NCBI GenBank assembly: GCA_963817895.1
Contig: CAWFQB010000002.1
Coordinates: 448,001 to 512,000 of the forward strand
Direction of reading: 5' to 3'
DNA: 64,000 nucleotides
Source: an uncultured Chthonomonadaceae bacterium
GTDB lineage: Bacteria; Armatimonadota; Chthonomonadetes; Chthonomonadales; Chthonomonadaceae
The position numbers were made by a program, and so were the translations under genes. A model generated the notes under the pieces. The model saw only the letters and a list, made by a program, of their open reading frames with translations. It made no database searches and had not been told where the DNA came from. Positions within the stretch are counted from its first letter, which is position 1; each line of letters begins with the position of its first letter. Positions 30,058 through 39,938 of this stretch are shown in pieces.

Positions 30058-32181
30058 ATGCCGATAACGTCCCGCGCCGGCAAAAACTCCGGCGCGAAAA
30101 CCGAAAACAGTAAGACCGAGGAAGCCCGAAAGCAGCGTCGGCGTCAGCTTGAACCCGATTGCGACACGCTGGCGGAGTTTTTCGGGCCGACCGGTCCGCT
30201 TGCCCGCGAACTGCCCAATTACGAGGCCCGCATCGAGCAGATTCAGGTGGCGGAAGCCATTGAAGAGGCTATGCGGGAGGGCAAGCCCTGCCTGACGGAA
30301 GCCAGCACGGGCGTTGGCAAGTCCCTTGCGTACCTCGTTCCGGCTGTGCGGGCGGCGTTGGACGGCAAAGTGACGGTTATCAGCACCCATACCATCAGCC
30401 TTCAAAACCAACTGATTGAGAAAGATATTCCCCTCGTGTTGCGCATGTTTCCCAACGCAGAGGAGAACGTGCAGGCGACGCAGATGAAGGGGCGGGGCAA
30501 TTTCCTGTGCTTGCAGGATTTGGACAGCGCCCGTTCGGATTTGTTCGCGGCTGCCGACCCGCTGTTTCGCAAACTGGATACGTGGGCGCGGCGCAGTGAC
30601 ATTACGGGCGATGTGGCTGACTTGCCGTTCACGTATCCGCACTGGGGCGAAGTGGCGAGCAACATGGATACGTGCCGGGGGCAGGAGTGCCAGTTTTACG
30701 ACTCGTGCTTTTACTATCGGATGCGGCAGGCCGCGTATGGCAGCAAAATCATCGTCGTCAATCACGCCCTGTTCTTTTCCGACCTGCTGTTGCGGCGGGG
30801 CGATCCGAACGCGGGGATTATTCCCGATTACGATTACGTGGTTTTCGATGAGGCGCACCATCTGGAAGACGTTGCCACCAAAACCTTCGGCATCGAGTTC
30901 GGTTCGCGCCGTCTGGTCAATCTCATGGAGCGTATCAAGCACGTCAAGGGGCTGGATATTGACCGCAGCCGCCTGCAAATGCTGGAAGATATGAACGCCA
31001 GCCTGTTCGTGCCGTTTTTGCAGGCGGGGCGCAACGAGTTCGTGTTTGAGGACGTGCTGCATGACGAAAACCGCGCCCACGTCGAGAACTGGACAACCCA
31101 AACCTGCAACAGCATCGGGGAACTGCAAAACGATATTCTCAAAGTGGCGAAGGACGACGAGAACCTGCGCGACCGACTGGAAGGCATGGCGCGTTTGTGC
31201 GGGCGGGCGCGCGAAGAGCTGTCACAACTCTTTTTTCAGCAGGACGAGAACGCCATACGCTGGGCCGATATTTCGCTCATGGGCAAGGGCGACAAAAAAG
31301 AACCCCGCGTCACGCTGCACTTGACGCCCGTTTCCATCGCCAAAGTGCTGGAAGAGCATTTGTGGAACAGTGAACGCCTGCATAACAAAGGCGGCAGTAT
31401 TATCATGGTGTCGGCCACGCTCGCCAATTCCGGCACGTTCAGCTATGTGCGGCAGCGATTGGGCGTGCCGAGCGACGCGATTGAGCGCATTGTCGGCAGT
31501 CCGTTCAACTTCAAGCAACAGGCACTGCTGTATGTGCCGGGACATTTGCCCGCGCCCGCCCCGACCGGCGCGTACATGGATAAGATGATAGCCGAGATTG
31601 AGCGCATCCTGAAATTGACGGGCGGACGGGCGTTTCTGTTGTTTACCAGTCGGGCGGTGCTGAACGCGGTTTATGACCGTTTGAATGGCAGGCTGCCGTT
31701 CCCGCTGTTCAAGCAGGGCGACTTGCCGCCGGGTAAACTCATCGAAGCGTTCAAAGCCAGCGGCAACGGCTGTCTGCTTGGCGCGAAAACGTTTTGGGAG
31801 GGGGTGGATGTGCAGGGCGAGTCGCTGTCATGCGTGATAATTGATCGCCTGCCGTTCGCGGTTCCCGATTCACCTGTCACCAAAGCCCGCGTCAGCGTGA
31901 TTGAAAAGGCGGGCGGCAACTCGTTCCGCGATTATTCCATTCCGCAGGCGCAAATCAGTTTAAAGCAGGGTTTCGGACGGCTGATACGAACCCGCAATGA
32001 CCGGGGCATCGTGTGTATTCTGGACACCCGCCTGATAACCAAAGACTACGGCGCGGAGTTCGTACAATATCTCCCGCCCGCCAGTCGCGCCAGCAAATGG
32101 CCCCGCGTGGAAAAGTTCTGGCACGGCGAACCGGAGGCTGTATCTAACCTTTCCGCTCAGACAGAAACAGAAGCGGCGTAG
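30058..32181 (+). CDS. dinG: DinG/YoaA family ATP-dependent helicase with Fe-S cluster
   Basis: EASTGVGKSLAYL, KGRGNFLC, CRGQEC..YDSC, VNHALFF, FDEAHH, SATL, FWEGVDV, QGFGRLIR. Confidence 0.92.
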   Translation: MPITSRAGKNSGAKTENSKTEEARKQRRRQLEPDCDTLAEFFGPTGPLARELPNYEARIEQIQVAEAIEEAMREGKPCLTEASTGVGKSLAYLVPAVRAALDGKVTVISTHTISLQNQLIEKDIPLVLRMFPNAEENVQATQMKGRGNFLCLQDLDSARSDLFAAADPLFRKLDTWARRSDITGDVADLPFTYPHWGEVASNMDTCRGQECQFYDSCFYYRMRQAAYGSKIIVVNHALFFSDLLLRRGDPNAGIIPDYDYVVFDEAHHLEDVATKTFGIEFGSRRLVNLMERIKHVKGLDIDRSRLQMLEDMNASLFVPFLQAGRNEFVFEDVLHDENRAHVENWTTQTCNSIGELQNDILKVAKDDENLRDRLEGMARLCGRAREELSQLFFQQDENAIRWADISLMGKGDKKEPRVTLHLTPVSIAKVLEEHLWNSERLHNKGGSIIMVSATLANSGTFSYVRQRLGVPSDAIERIVGSPFNFKQQALLYVPGHLPAPAPTGAYMDKMIAEIERILKLTGGRAFLLFTSRAVLNAVYDRLNGRLPFPLFKQGDLPPGKLIEAFKASGNGCLLGAKTFWEGVDVQGESLSCVIIDRLPFAVPDSPVTKARVSVIEKAGGNSFRDYSIPQAQISLKQGFGRLIRTRNDRGIVCILDTRLITKDYGAEFVQYLPPASRASKWPRVEKFWHGEPEAVSNLSAQTETEAA

Positions 32182-32380
32182 CCCCCAGGGCCGGCGCATG
32201 ACGTATTTTTCCTATCTCATCAGCGAAATGAACGTTCGCCATAATGAGATTAAGATGGCCGGCCCTATACAACTCACTCTCCCTATGGACAATGCAATCT
32301 GCGCGTGGTAAACTGTCGCATATGCCGGGTATATCCGCATATTGCGTTTTAATACATCTGCGCGTTGAATTGTCGTTAGC

Positions 32381-33628
32381 ATGGGGAGAGTAGGCGTGGC
32401 CGAATATACTGTAAAAGATGTCCTGAACCGTTTCAATCCGAAGCGCACTCTGCTGGATTATGAATTGGATGCGTATTACATTTCCCGCCCACATGCGCCC
32501 TTGGAGAAGATGAAGGCGTTTCTGTTGAGCAATGAGGAGCCTGTCAAGGTACTGTTCAGCGGACATCGCGGGAGTGGCAAATCAACGGAACTCAGACGAC
32601 TGGCAAAAGGTTTGGAAACGCACTTTTACATCGTGCCGTTTTCGGTTGCCGGTATGCTAAATATGGCGGATTTGAAATATGCCGATGTGGTTCTGGCCTG
32701 TGCCGTCGCTCTGATTCGTAAGGTGATAGAGGATGGCAATTTCGTAACCCTTGATGACAAACTACAGCAAAACCTGTACGATTTTCTCACCAATGAGATT
32801 ACGAAAGAGACTACCATTGCGACAACAACCTCCGGCAATATTTCCGCGAAACTGACGCAGCTGATTCTGAGCATTGAAGCCAAGTACGGCAAGGAAGCAA
32901 CCACGCGCGAAACCATGCGCCAGAAGCTGTTTCCACGTCTCACCGACTTGATTGACCGGGTTAATTCTGTTTGCGTTGCCATCAAGAGCAAAACGGAACG
33001 CCTGCCGCTGATCGTGGTCGAGGACCTGGATAAGGCTCTGCTGACGGATACCCGCACGTTGTTCTTCGACAATGCCGTTGCGCTGAACAGTTTGGGGTGT
33101 CACGTCATCTACACATTCCCCATCGCGCTGTGCTACTCGACGCAGTTTCCGCCGCGCAAACGGGATTATGATAACCACTTTTCGCTGCACAATATCAACA
33201 TCAATCAACACGCCCTGCACAATGAACCAGATACAGATGGGCGAAACAAACTACGTGAGGTTGTCACCCGGCGCGTACAATCCGAACTGTTTGCCGGGAA
33301 CGCGCTGGATACCATTATTGATTTGAGCGGCGGATTGATGCGTGACCTTGTGCGTATTGTACGCAAATCGGCGCTGAACGCAATTACAGCCAATAGTCCG
33401 GTAATCACGGTTGAAATGGCGCAGCAGGTGGGAGCGGAACTCGGTGACGACTATCGGCGCATCCTGCTTCCTGCCCACTACGAGGCGCTGCGAACCGCCC
33501 ATAGAAGCAAGGAGATCGTTCCCAACGAAACGGTACAGCAATTGCTGGAAAACCTCAGTCTGTTGGAGTACCATGATGATGCCGTTTGGTGTGACGTCCA
33601 TCCGGTTGTTTTGCCCCTGCTCACATAA
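32381..33628 (+). CDS. P-loop ATPase (AAA+/STAND-like) with C-terminal winged helix
   Basis: Walker A FSGHRGSGKSTEL, Walker B IVVEDLDK, SGGLMRDL, C-terminal LLEY...WCDVHP; start may be GTG 32396. Confidence 0.85.
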   Translation: MGRVGVAEYTVKDVLNRFNPKRTLLDYELDAYYISRPHAPLEKMKAFLLSNEEPVKVLFSGHRGSGKSTELRRLAKGLETHFYIVPFSVAGMLNMADLKYADVVLACAVALIRKVIEDGNFVTLDDKLQQNLYDFLTNEITKETTIATTTSGNISAKLTQLILSIEAKYGKEATTRETMRQKLFPRLTDLIDRVNSVCVAIKSKTERLPLIVVEDLDKALLTDTRTLFFDNAVALNSLGCHVIYTFPIALCYSTQFPPRKRDYDNHFSLHNININQHALHNEPDTDGRNKLREVVTRRVQSELFAGNALDTIIDLSGGLMRDLVRIVRKSALNAITANSPVITVEMAQQVGAELGDDYRRILLPAHYEALRTAHRSKEIVPNETVQQLLENLSLLEYHDDAVWCDVHPVVLPLLT

Positions 33629-33661
33629 GTAGATTCGGCGCATAATCTCGTATATAGCAAC

Positions 33662-35965
33662 ATGAACCCGCAACTGCAAAAACTGATTACCCTGCTGACC
33701 TATTCGGATGATGGAGCGTTCGCAATCGCGCTTTATGATCGGGTCGCCATACGTCAGGAGATGCTGAAAACGCTCAAAGAACAGTTGAAGCAGCGTGTGT
33801 ACGAGTTGACGTTGACGGGCAGCCAGCGTAACCCAATAGACCTGATACGGAACCTCAAGCCGCAGACGGGCGAAGTCGTCTGCCTGTATGATATAGAACG
33901 CGCCTTTCCTGACGCGCTCGGCTATCTGGATTTGCAGCGCGAAGTTCTGGCGGATTTGAATATCTCCCTTGTGGTTTGGGTAAATCACTACGAGTACCGC
34001 GAACTTGCCACAAAAGCGCCGAATTTCTATGCTTTCCGAACGTCCACGTTCGACTTTACCAACCCCGCCGAAATTCCCGTTACCGAACCTCTGTTCGTGG
34101 GACGCGAACCCGATCTGGAAATTCTGCGTAGCCTGCTGGAAAAGGGCGGATGCGTGACGCTGACGGGATATGGCGGCGTCGGCAAATCCACGCTTGCCCT
34201 GCAACTGTCGCGCCGGATGCGTTCGCGATTTCAGGAAACGGTTTGGGTCAACTGCGAAACTCGTCCACTGTTGGGCGATATTCTGTTGCAAGTGGCTGTC
34301 GTGCTGATGGGCGAGGGGATGCGGCAGGTCGGCCCGGACGAACAGCGTAAGCGGCTGGCAAAAGCCTTGTGCGAACGTCCGTGCCTGATTATTCTGGACA
34401 ACTTCGAGTCGGTTGGCGAAGACCATGATTTGCTGCACTGGCTGAAAACGGTTTCTGCGCCAAGCGCGGTGTTACTCACGTCACGCCAACAGGTTCCTGA
34501 ACTTGACACGCCCAACTATTCCCTGCCCGAACTGCCCCCCAATGAAGCTATTGAAATGTTCACGTTGCGGGCGCGACAGGCCGGATGGCAGGGAGAAGAA
34601 GCCGAGATTGTGCCGCGCCTGTGCGAACTCATCGGCAATCTGCCCCTCGCAATCGAACTGCTGGCCGCCCGCGCCGACGAACTGCCCCTGTCGCAACTGT
34701 TGGAAGAGGTCGGCAAAAGCCTGAACGCGCTTGTTTCCGGTGACGACCCCTTACGCGCCGAGCGCCACCAGAGCATCGCCGCCTGTTTCCGCGTATCCTT
34801 CGACCGTCTCAGCGACACCGCCAGAGAACTGCTCAAACGTCTCAGCATCCTGCCCGATGGAGCCAGCGAACAAATCATTGCCAACTTCACCCAAATTCAG
34901 GACTTGCAAAAGTCCATTGAGGAATGTATTGCTCATTCCATGCTTGAGGCTAACGGCAAAAAATATAAATTTCATCCTCTAATCCGTCGCTTTGCTATGA
35001 CACAATTAGGTACAGAGTTGGTTAAGTGGCAACAAAAGCTTGTTGCTATCATGCATCGGATTGCCATTGACAATGACGACCCCAATGATCCTGAAAAACT
35101 TGCGGTGTTTGATGTAGAATGGCGGAATATTTGTGCTGCGGCCTTTGTTGCTACGGAACTTAAAGATTGGGAAGCAGTAGTTGAATTGTCTGAACATTTG
35201 AGCGACTTTCTGATTCTACGTGGATTGGTACTAGAAGCAGAACGTTTGATGAAGCAGGCTATTCCAGCGGCAAAAAAAGCAGTCGACCCTTATTGTGAAG
35301 CTGTCGTTTTGAACAATTTGGGTCAGGTTTGTATTCGGCTTCATAAATTCAACGAAGCCAAAATATATTTTGCTGAAGATTTATCTATTAGTCATAGGTT
35401 AGGTAATCTTCTTGGTGAGGCACAGTCGCATCATGACCTCGGCAGTGCCTTACTCGGGCTTGAACTACTTAAAGATGCAGAGCAGCAGGTACACAAGAGT
35501 GCCGAAATAGCGGAAAAATATGGTGAAAAGCGACTTATCGCTTTAAATCATTGTTTACTAGGACGAATTTACCACAAAAGCAAACAACTTGCTGCTGCAG
35601 AGAAGGAACATATAAAAGGCTTTGAATTACTTCTAGAATGCGGGAATTTCTTTGAGGCGGGGAAGGCTCTGAATAACCTAGCAAATATTTACCTATCGCA
35701 AAAACGATGGAAGCAAGCAGAGAAGTACTACCTCGAAAGTTTGCAACTAGCCCGTCGCTTTAACTACCGCCTTGACGAAGCTAGCGCTCTTTCTAATCTT
35801 GCTCTTGTTGAGTCAGGCCGTGGCAACAGGAGCAAAGCAATTGAACTAGCTGAAGCAGCATTAGCCGTTTTTCAATCTACTGAGGATGAGGAAAATATAC
35901 GAGAGGCATACAAGTTTGTATGTGATTTACAACAAAAGAAAGGAACAGTAAAGGCTATATTTTGA
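33662..35965 (+). CDS. STAND (NB-ARC) NTPase with N-terminal non-catalytic domain and C-terminal TPRs
   Basis: FVGRE, GYGGVGKSTLA, IILDNFE, LLTSR, GNLPLAIEL, FHPLIR; TPRs with LNNLG/LNNLA/LSNLA. Confidence 0.88.
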   Translation: MNPQLQKLITLLTYSDDGAFAIALYDRVAIRQEMLKTLKEQLKQRVYELTLTGSQRNPIDLIRNLKPQTGEVVCLYDIERAFPDALGYLDLQREVLADLNISLVVWVNHYEYRELATKAPNFYAFRTSTFDFTNPAEIPVTEPLFVGREPDLEILRSLLEKGGCVTLTGYGGVGKSTLALQLSRRMRSRFQETVWVNCETRPLLGDILLQVAVVLMGEGMRQVGPDEQRKRLAKALCERPCLIILDNFESVGEDHDLLHWLKTVSAPSAVLLTSRQQVPELDTPNYSLPELPPNEAIEMFTLRARQAGWQGEEAEIVPRLCELIGNLPLAIELLAARADELPLSQLLEEVGKSLNALVSGDDPLRAERHQSIAACFRVSFDRLSDTARELLKRLSILPDGASEQIIANFTQIQDLQKSIEECIAHSMLEANGKKYKFHPLIRRFAMTQLGTELVKWQQKLVAIMHRIAIDNDDPNDPEKLAVFDVEWRNICAAAFVATELKDWEAVVELSEHLSDFLILRGLVLEAERLMKQAIPAAKKAVDPYCEAVVLNNLGQVCIRLHKFNEAKIYFAEDLSISHRLGNLLGEAQSHHDLGSALLGLELLKDAEQQVHKSAEIAEKYGEKRLIALNHCLLGRIYHKSKQLAAAEKEHIKGFELLLECGNFFEAGKALNNLANIYLSQKRWKQAEKYYLESLQLARRFNYRLDEASALSNLALVESGRGNRSKAIELAEAALAVFQSTEDEENIREAYKFVCDLQQKKGTVKAIF

Positions 35966-36032
35966 TGGTTGATTTTACAGCCCCAGCCGTGCAATGAATT
36001 GCGCGGTCTCACTCCAATCTTCCGTTTTCGCA

Positions 36033-36061
36033 TTGCGGTTTCCCTCATTATGTGCTACACT
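36033..36061 (+). promoter_or_regulatory. Putative sigma-70 promoter upstream of cysE
   Basis: TTGCGG-N17-TACACT with TG extended -10. Confidence 0.35.
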
Positions 36062-36251
36062 TTGGGTGATGTTTAAATCTACATTGTCTGTAATTCATCC
36101 GGTTTAGAACTTGAATTGGGAACTACCTTCCGGTGGGAGAGGTAGAAAGGCGTACAGTTCCGCAGCAGGGTTGAAACGCGCGCAATGTGGCCGCGCAATC
36201 CATAGAAACAGCTGCGTGTCGGGCTGAAACGCAAAGGAAACTCAAATCATC

Positions 36252-37031
36252 GTGTTCGCGCGCTTGCGAGAAGATATACATACGGTTTTTCATAAAGACC
36301 CTGCCGCCCGCAGCCTGCTGGAAGTGCTGACGTATCCGGGTTTGCATGCCCTGTGGCTGTATCGTTTCGCGCATGGCCTGTGGCGACGCAAACTCAAACT
36401 TGGGGCGAGGTTTGTTTCCCAATTCGGCCGTTTTATGACCGGCATCGAAATTCATCCCGGCGCGACCATTGGCCGGCGTTTCTTTATTGATCACGGCATG
36501 GGCATCGTGATCGGCGAAACGGCCATTATCGGCGACGACGTGCTGCTGTACCATCAGGTGACATTGGGCGGCACGAGTCTGGACAAAGTGAAGCGTCACC
36601 CAACACTGGGCAACGGCGTTCTTGTCGGCATGGGCGCAAAGATACTTGGCCCGATTACCATTGGCGACCATTGCAAAATCGGCGCGAACGCGGTTGTCAA
36701 CAAAGACATTCCCGCCAACTGCACGGTTGTCGGTATTCCGGGGCGAATTATCCGGCAGGATGGGATTCGCGCCGGGGAAGATTATGCCATGCTGGGCTTG
36801 ACCGCTCCCTCCGATGCGGACAGCGGCGTCATGGACAACTTCATCAACCGCGTGGACCCGCAGGACGAAACCATCCGCGAAATGCGCCAGCGGTTGGAAC
36901 TGCTGGAACAGCACAGCGAAAAATTGGAAGAGCTGATTGCCCGTCTGGAAGCGCACGAGGGGCATCACCACAACATGGAACACGCGCCTGCCCGTGTGGG
37001 ACACGGTTCCCACCATTCCGAAAACAGATAA
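36252..37031 (+). CDS. cysE: Serine O-acetyltransferase
   Basis: [46 protein letters not shown]. Confidence 0.95.
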   Translation: MFARLREDIHTVFHKDPAARSLLEVLTYPGLHALWLYRFAHGLWRRKLKLGARFVSQFGRFMTGIEIHPGATIGRRFFIDHGMGIVIGETAIIGDDVLLYHQVTLGGTSLDKVKRHPTLGNGVLVGMGAKILGPITIGDHCKIGANAVVNKDIPANCTVVGIPGRIIRQDGIRAGEDYAMLGLTAPSDADSGVMDNFINRVDPQDETIREMRQRLELLEQHSEKLEELIARLEAHEGHHHNMEHAPARVGHGSHHSENR

Positions 37032-37203
37032 TTGTCTGTCACATTCCCCGCTCGGTAATGTTTCTTAAAAGTGTCCATGATAAAGCGTGACGGGCGCGAT
37101 GAATCGCTCCCCTGCAAGGTTTGTTTGCGGTTGAAGTCACCGCGCTCGAAGCGCAAAGTATCCCTGTTCGTGTAAATTGTGTAAGTAAGCGAGGTTCTCT
37201 TTC

Positions 37204-38960
37204 GTGTCAGCAACACCCAAAAAAGCTCCCAAAACTGCTCCGCAAGTCCGGTATTCCGGGCCTCGCCGCCTGTATGTCGTGACGCCCATCGCCCTGTTTG
37301 CCGTTGGAGGAGTGGGACTGCTCGGCGCGCGGGCGCGCGTGCCCGATAACGAGATTGCCCCCGGCGTACAGGTCGGCAGCCTGAAATTGGGTGGCAAAAC
37401 GCTGGAAGAGGCGCGTCCGCTGTTGCAGCAATGGAGCGAAGCGCGGCAGGCTGTGGAACTACAGTTGCATTTCGCGGACGACGCCCATGTCGCGAAAACG
37501 TGGACGATCAGCGCGCATAAATTGAAAATGGGTTTCGATATTCCCGCCACGCTTGAAGACGTAAGCAAAGCCGGACGCGAAGGCATGTTGGCGCAAATGT
37601 CGCATGTGCTGACCGGCAGCAGAGAATTCTGGTTCCCGCCCGCGTCGCCATAGACGACAATCAGGTACGCGCTTACGCGAGGCAGATCGCGTTTAAGGTA
37701 AACCGCAAGCCCCGCAATGCCCGCCTGAAACTTAACGGCACACAGATCGCGGCCTACATTCACGACAAACCCGGTCTGGGCGTGGACGTGGACGCTTCCG
37801 CGAACGCCATCACGCAGGCGTGGACACGTTTCAACGGCGCGACAGCAGATAGGGAACAGGATACGGAGGGGCAAGGAAAAAGGGAAGAGGGAAAAGCGGA
37901 TACGGGCAAAGCGAACACGGACGCGCCTGCTGCTGTTGATCCGAACGCGCATCAGAAGCCGGGTGGGGCGAACGGTTCCACGCCTGCTCCCACCCCTCCC
38001 AATCGGGAAACGCAGACGGCGCAAGCCGCGTCTGCCGTCCGCCGTCAGTCCCCTACCCCCGATGCCAGCATGGATAACGCGACCGGGCCGATTCCTGTGG
38101 AACTGTCCGCGAATGAAACGCCCGCAAGCGTCACCTACGAGGACATCAAGCAGATCAATGGCGTGTTGGGCAGGATGCAAACGGACATTGGCGGCACGGC
38201 AAACCGGCACAGCAATGTCGCCCTCGCCGCCAGCCGCATCAACGGCACTCTCCTGCGCCCCGGCGAAGTTTTCTCCTATAACAAAACCGTCGGCCCGCGC
38301 AGTCTGGAGTGTGGCTTCAAAAACGCCCCGGAAATCGTGAAGGGCGTCCTTAAGCCCGGCGTGGGCGGCGGCGTGTGCCAGGTTTCCACCACGCTGTTCA
38401 ATGCCGTTCTGCTGTCCAATCTGAAAATCGTGGATCGTTCGCACCATGCGTTTCCCGTTCATTATGTGCCGGCGGGACGCGACGCCACGGTTGTGGATGG
38501 CGATATGGATTTCAAGTTTCAGAACAGCACAGACGCGCCTGTTTATATCTACGGCAAGGGGCGCAACGGTTCGCTGAACTTCCGTATTTACGGCAAAAAG
38601 ACCCCGGGACGCGAAGTGTCCCTGGTACTCGGCAAGCGCAGCGAAAGCGGCTTCGGCACGGAAACCGAACACGATTCCAGCCTGCCCGCAGGCCATACGG
38701 AAGTAAAAGCGCCGGGACATCCGCGCATTGACGTGACATGGTATCGCGTGGTCAAAGAAAACGGGCAGGAGGTGAAGCGCGAACCCATCTCCACCCACTA
38801 CCGCGCCATTCCGTCCGTCGTGCTTGTCGGCACGGGCGCGCCGAGAACCAAAAGAGTTCTCCCTGCCAATGCCATAAAATCCGGCGTGAAATCTCCCGTT
38901 TCTCCCGCCGCGTCCGCCCCCGCCGCCGATGATGGCGCGGGCGCGGTTCCCAATCAGTAG
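37204..38960 (+). CDS. VanW family protein with PG-binding N-region and G5-like C-terminus; frameshift near 37625
   Basis: N-terminal TM + IAPGVQVG..KLGG; NR..NV.LAA..ING, FSYN..VGPR, GGGVCQVSTTLFNA, YVPAGRDATV. Confidence 0.85.
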
Positions 38961-38961
38961 A

Positions 38962-39068
38962 AGGTTTCAGGTGTCAGGTGTCAGGTGTCAGGAAAACACG
39001 TTTCTTTGTTCTCATGGTAGAGACGAGATGTACTTCCTGACACCTGAAACCCGAAACCTGAAACCTGA
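38962..39068. repeat. Inverted-arm heptamer element, unit GGTGTCA/TGACACC (TGAAACC)
   Basis: aggtttcaggtgtcaggtgtcaggtgtcagg ... cctgacacctgaaacccgaaacctgaaacctga. Confidence 0.85.
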
Positions 39069-39078
39069 CCCCTAACCT

Positions 39079-39827
39079 ATGCTTTATCTCGTCGCCACAC
39101 CCATCGGCAACCTGTAAGACATAACCCTCCGCGCGCTCGAAACGCTGCGAGCGTGGATGTTGTCGCCAGTGAAGATACCCGCAAAACAGGGATGCTGCTC
39201 AAGCATTTCGAGATTCAGAAGCCGCAAATCTCCTTCCACGAACACAACGAAGACCACGCCAGCAACCGGATTCTGGACATGCTGCGGGAGGGCCGAAGCG
39301 TGGCGATTGTCACGGACGCGGGAACGCCCGGAATCGCTGATCCCGGTTTCGTCATGGTGCGCAAGGCCATCGCGGAGGGACACGAATTCACCATGATTCC
39401 CGGCCCAACGGGTCTGATTATGGCGCTGGTGCTGTCCGGGCTGGCGGTTCACAGTTTCACCTTTCGCGGTTTTCCTCCCCAAAAATCCGGCCCGCGCAAA
39501 CGCTTCTTTGAAACGGATGCCGCCGCCCCCCATACCCTCATTTTCTACGAAAGCCCCTACCGTCTGGAATCCTGCCTGCGCGACGCGCTGGAAGTGTACG
39601 GCGACCGCAACGCCGCCCTTGCCAACGACCTGACCAAAATGTTCGAGAAGGTACAGCGCGCCCCGCTTTCCGTCCTGCTGCAAGCCGTAAAGGGCAAAAC
39701 TCTCAAAGGCGAGTACATCGTCGTCATCGCCGGCATCGAGCGCGTCAGCCGTGCGGCAAAGGATGAGGGCGGAAGGATGAAGGATGAAGAGGAGGACGCG
39801 GATACGGAAGAGGGTGACGATGAGTAG
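39079..39827 (+). CDS. rsmI: 16S rRNA C1402 2'-O-methyltransferase; in-frame TAA at codon 13 and a frameshift near 39150 (error or pseudogene)
   Basis: [19 protein letters not shown] then [34 protein letters not shown]. Confidence 0.85.
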
Positions 39828-39938
39828 AAAGGGAGAACAGAAGAAGCGAAGAAGAGACGAAAAGGAGAGTGAGGAAGAGGACAGAGAACAGGAAACAGGC
39901 AATGAGACTTCATCCCTCATCCTTCATCCTTCATCCTT
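39758..39938. repeat. Inverted-arm heptamer element, unit AGGATGA/TCATCCT, lying inside coding sequence
   Basis: aaaggatgagggcggaaggatgaaggatgaa ... ttcatccctcatccttcatccttcatccttt. Confidence 0.75.

Noticed and set aside
30058..32181. DinG as part of a type IV CRISPR or defence system
   Set aside because: It looks like an ordinary Fe-S DinG/YoaA with host-like codon usage, and there are no csf/cas genes. Adjacency to the ATPase pair may be incidental.
37137..38798. Long antisense ORFs (e.g. 37137-38798, 19691-21217, 29971-31128, 33251-34438, 3083-4117)
   Set aside because: They are shadows of well-supported opposite-strand genes in GC-rich DNA with no motifs of their own. Only the last part of 19691-21217 is real, as the phosphoesterase N-terminus.
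37204..38960. VanW as evidence of vancomycin resistance
   Set aside because: No vanHAX or vanRS genes; VanW-domain proteins are widespread cell-envelope proteins.
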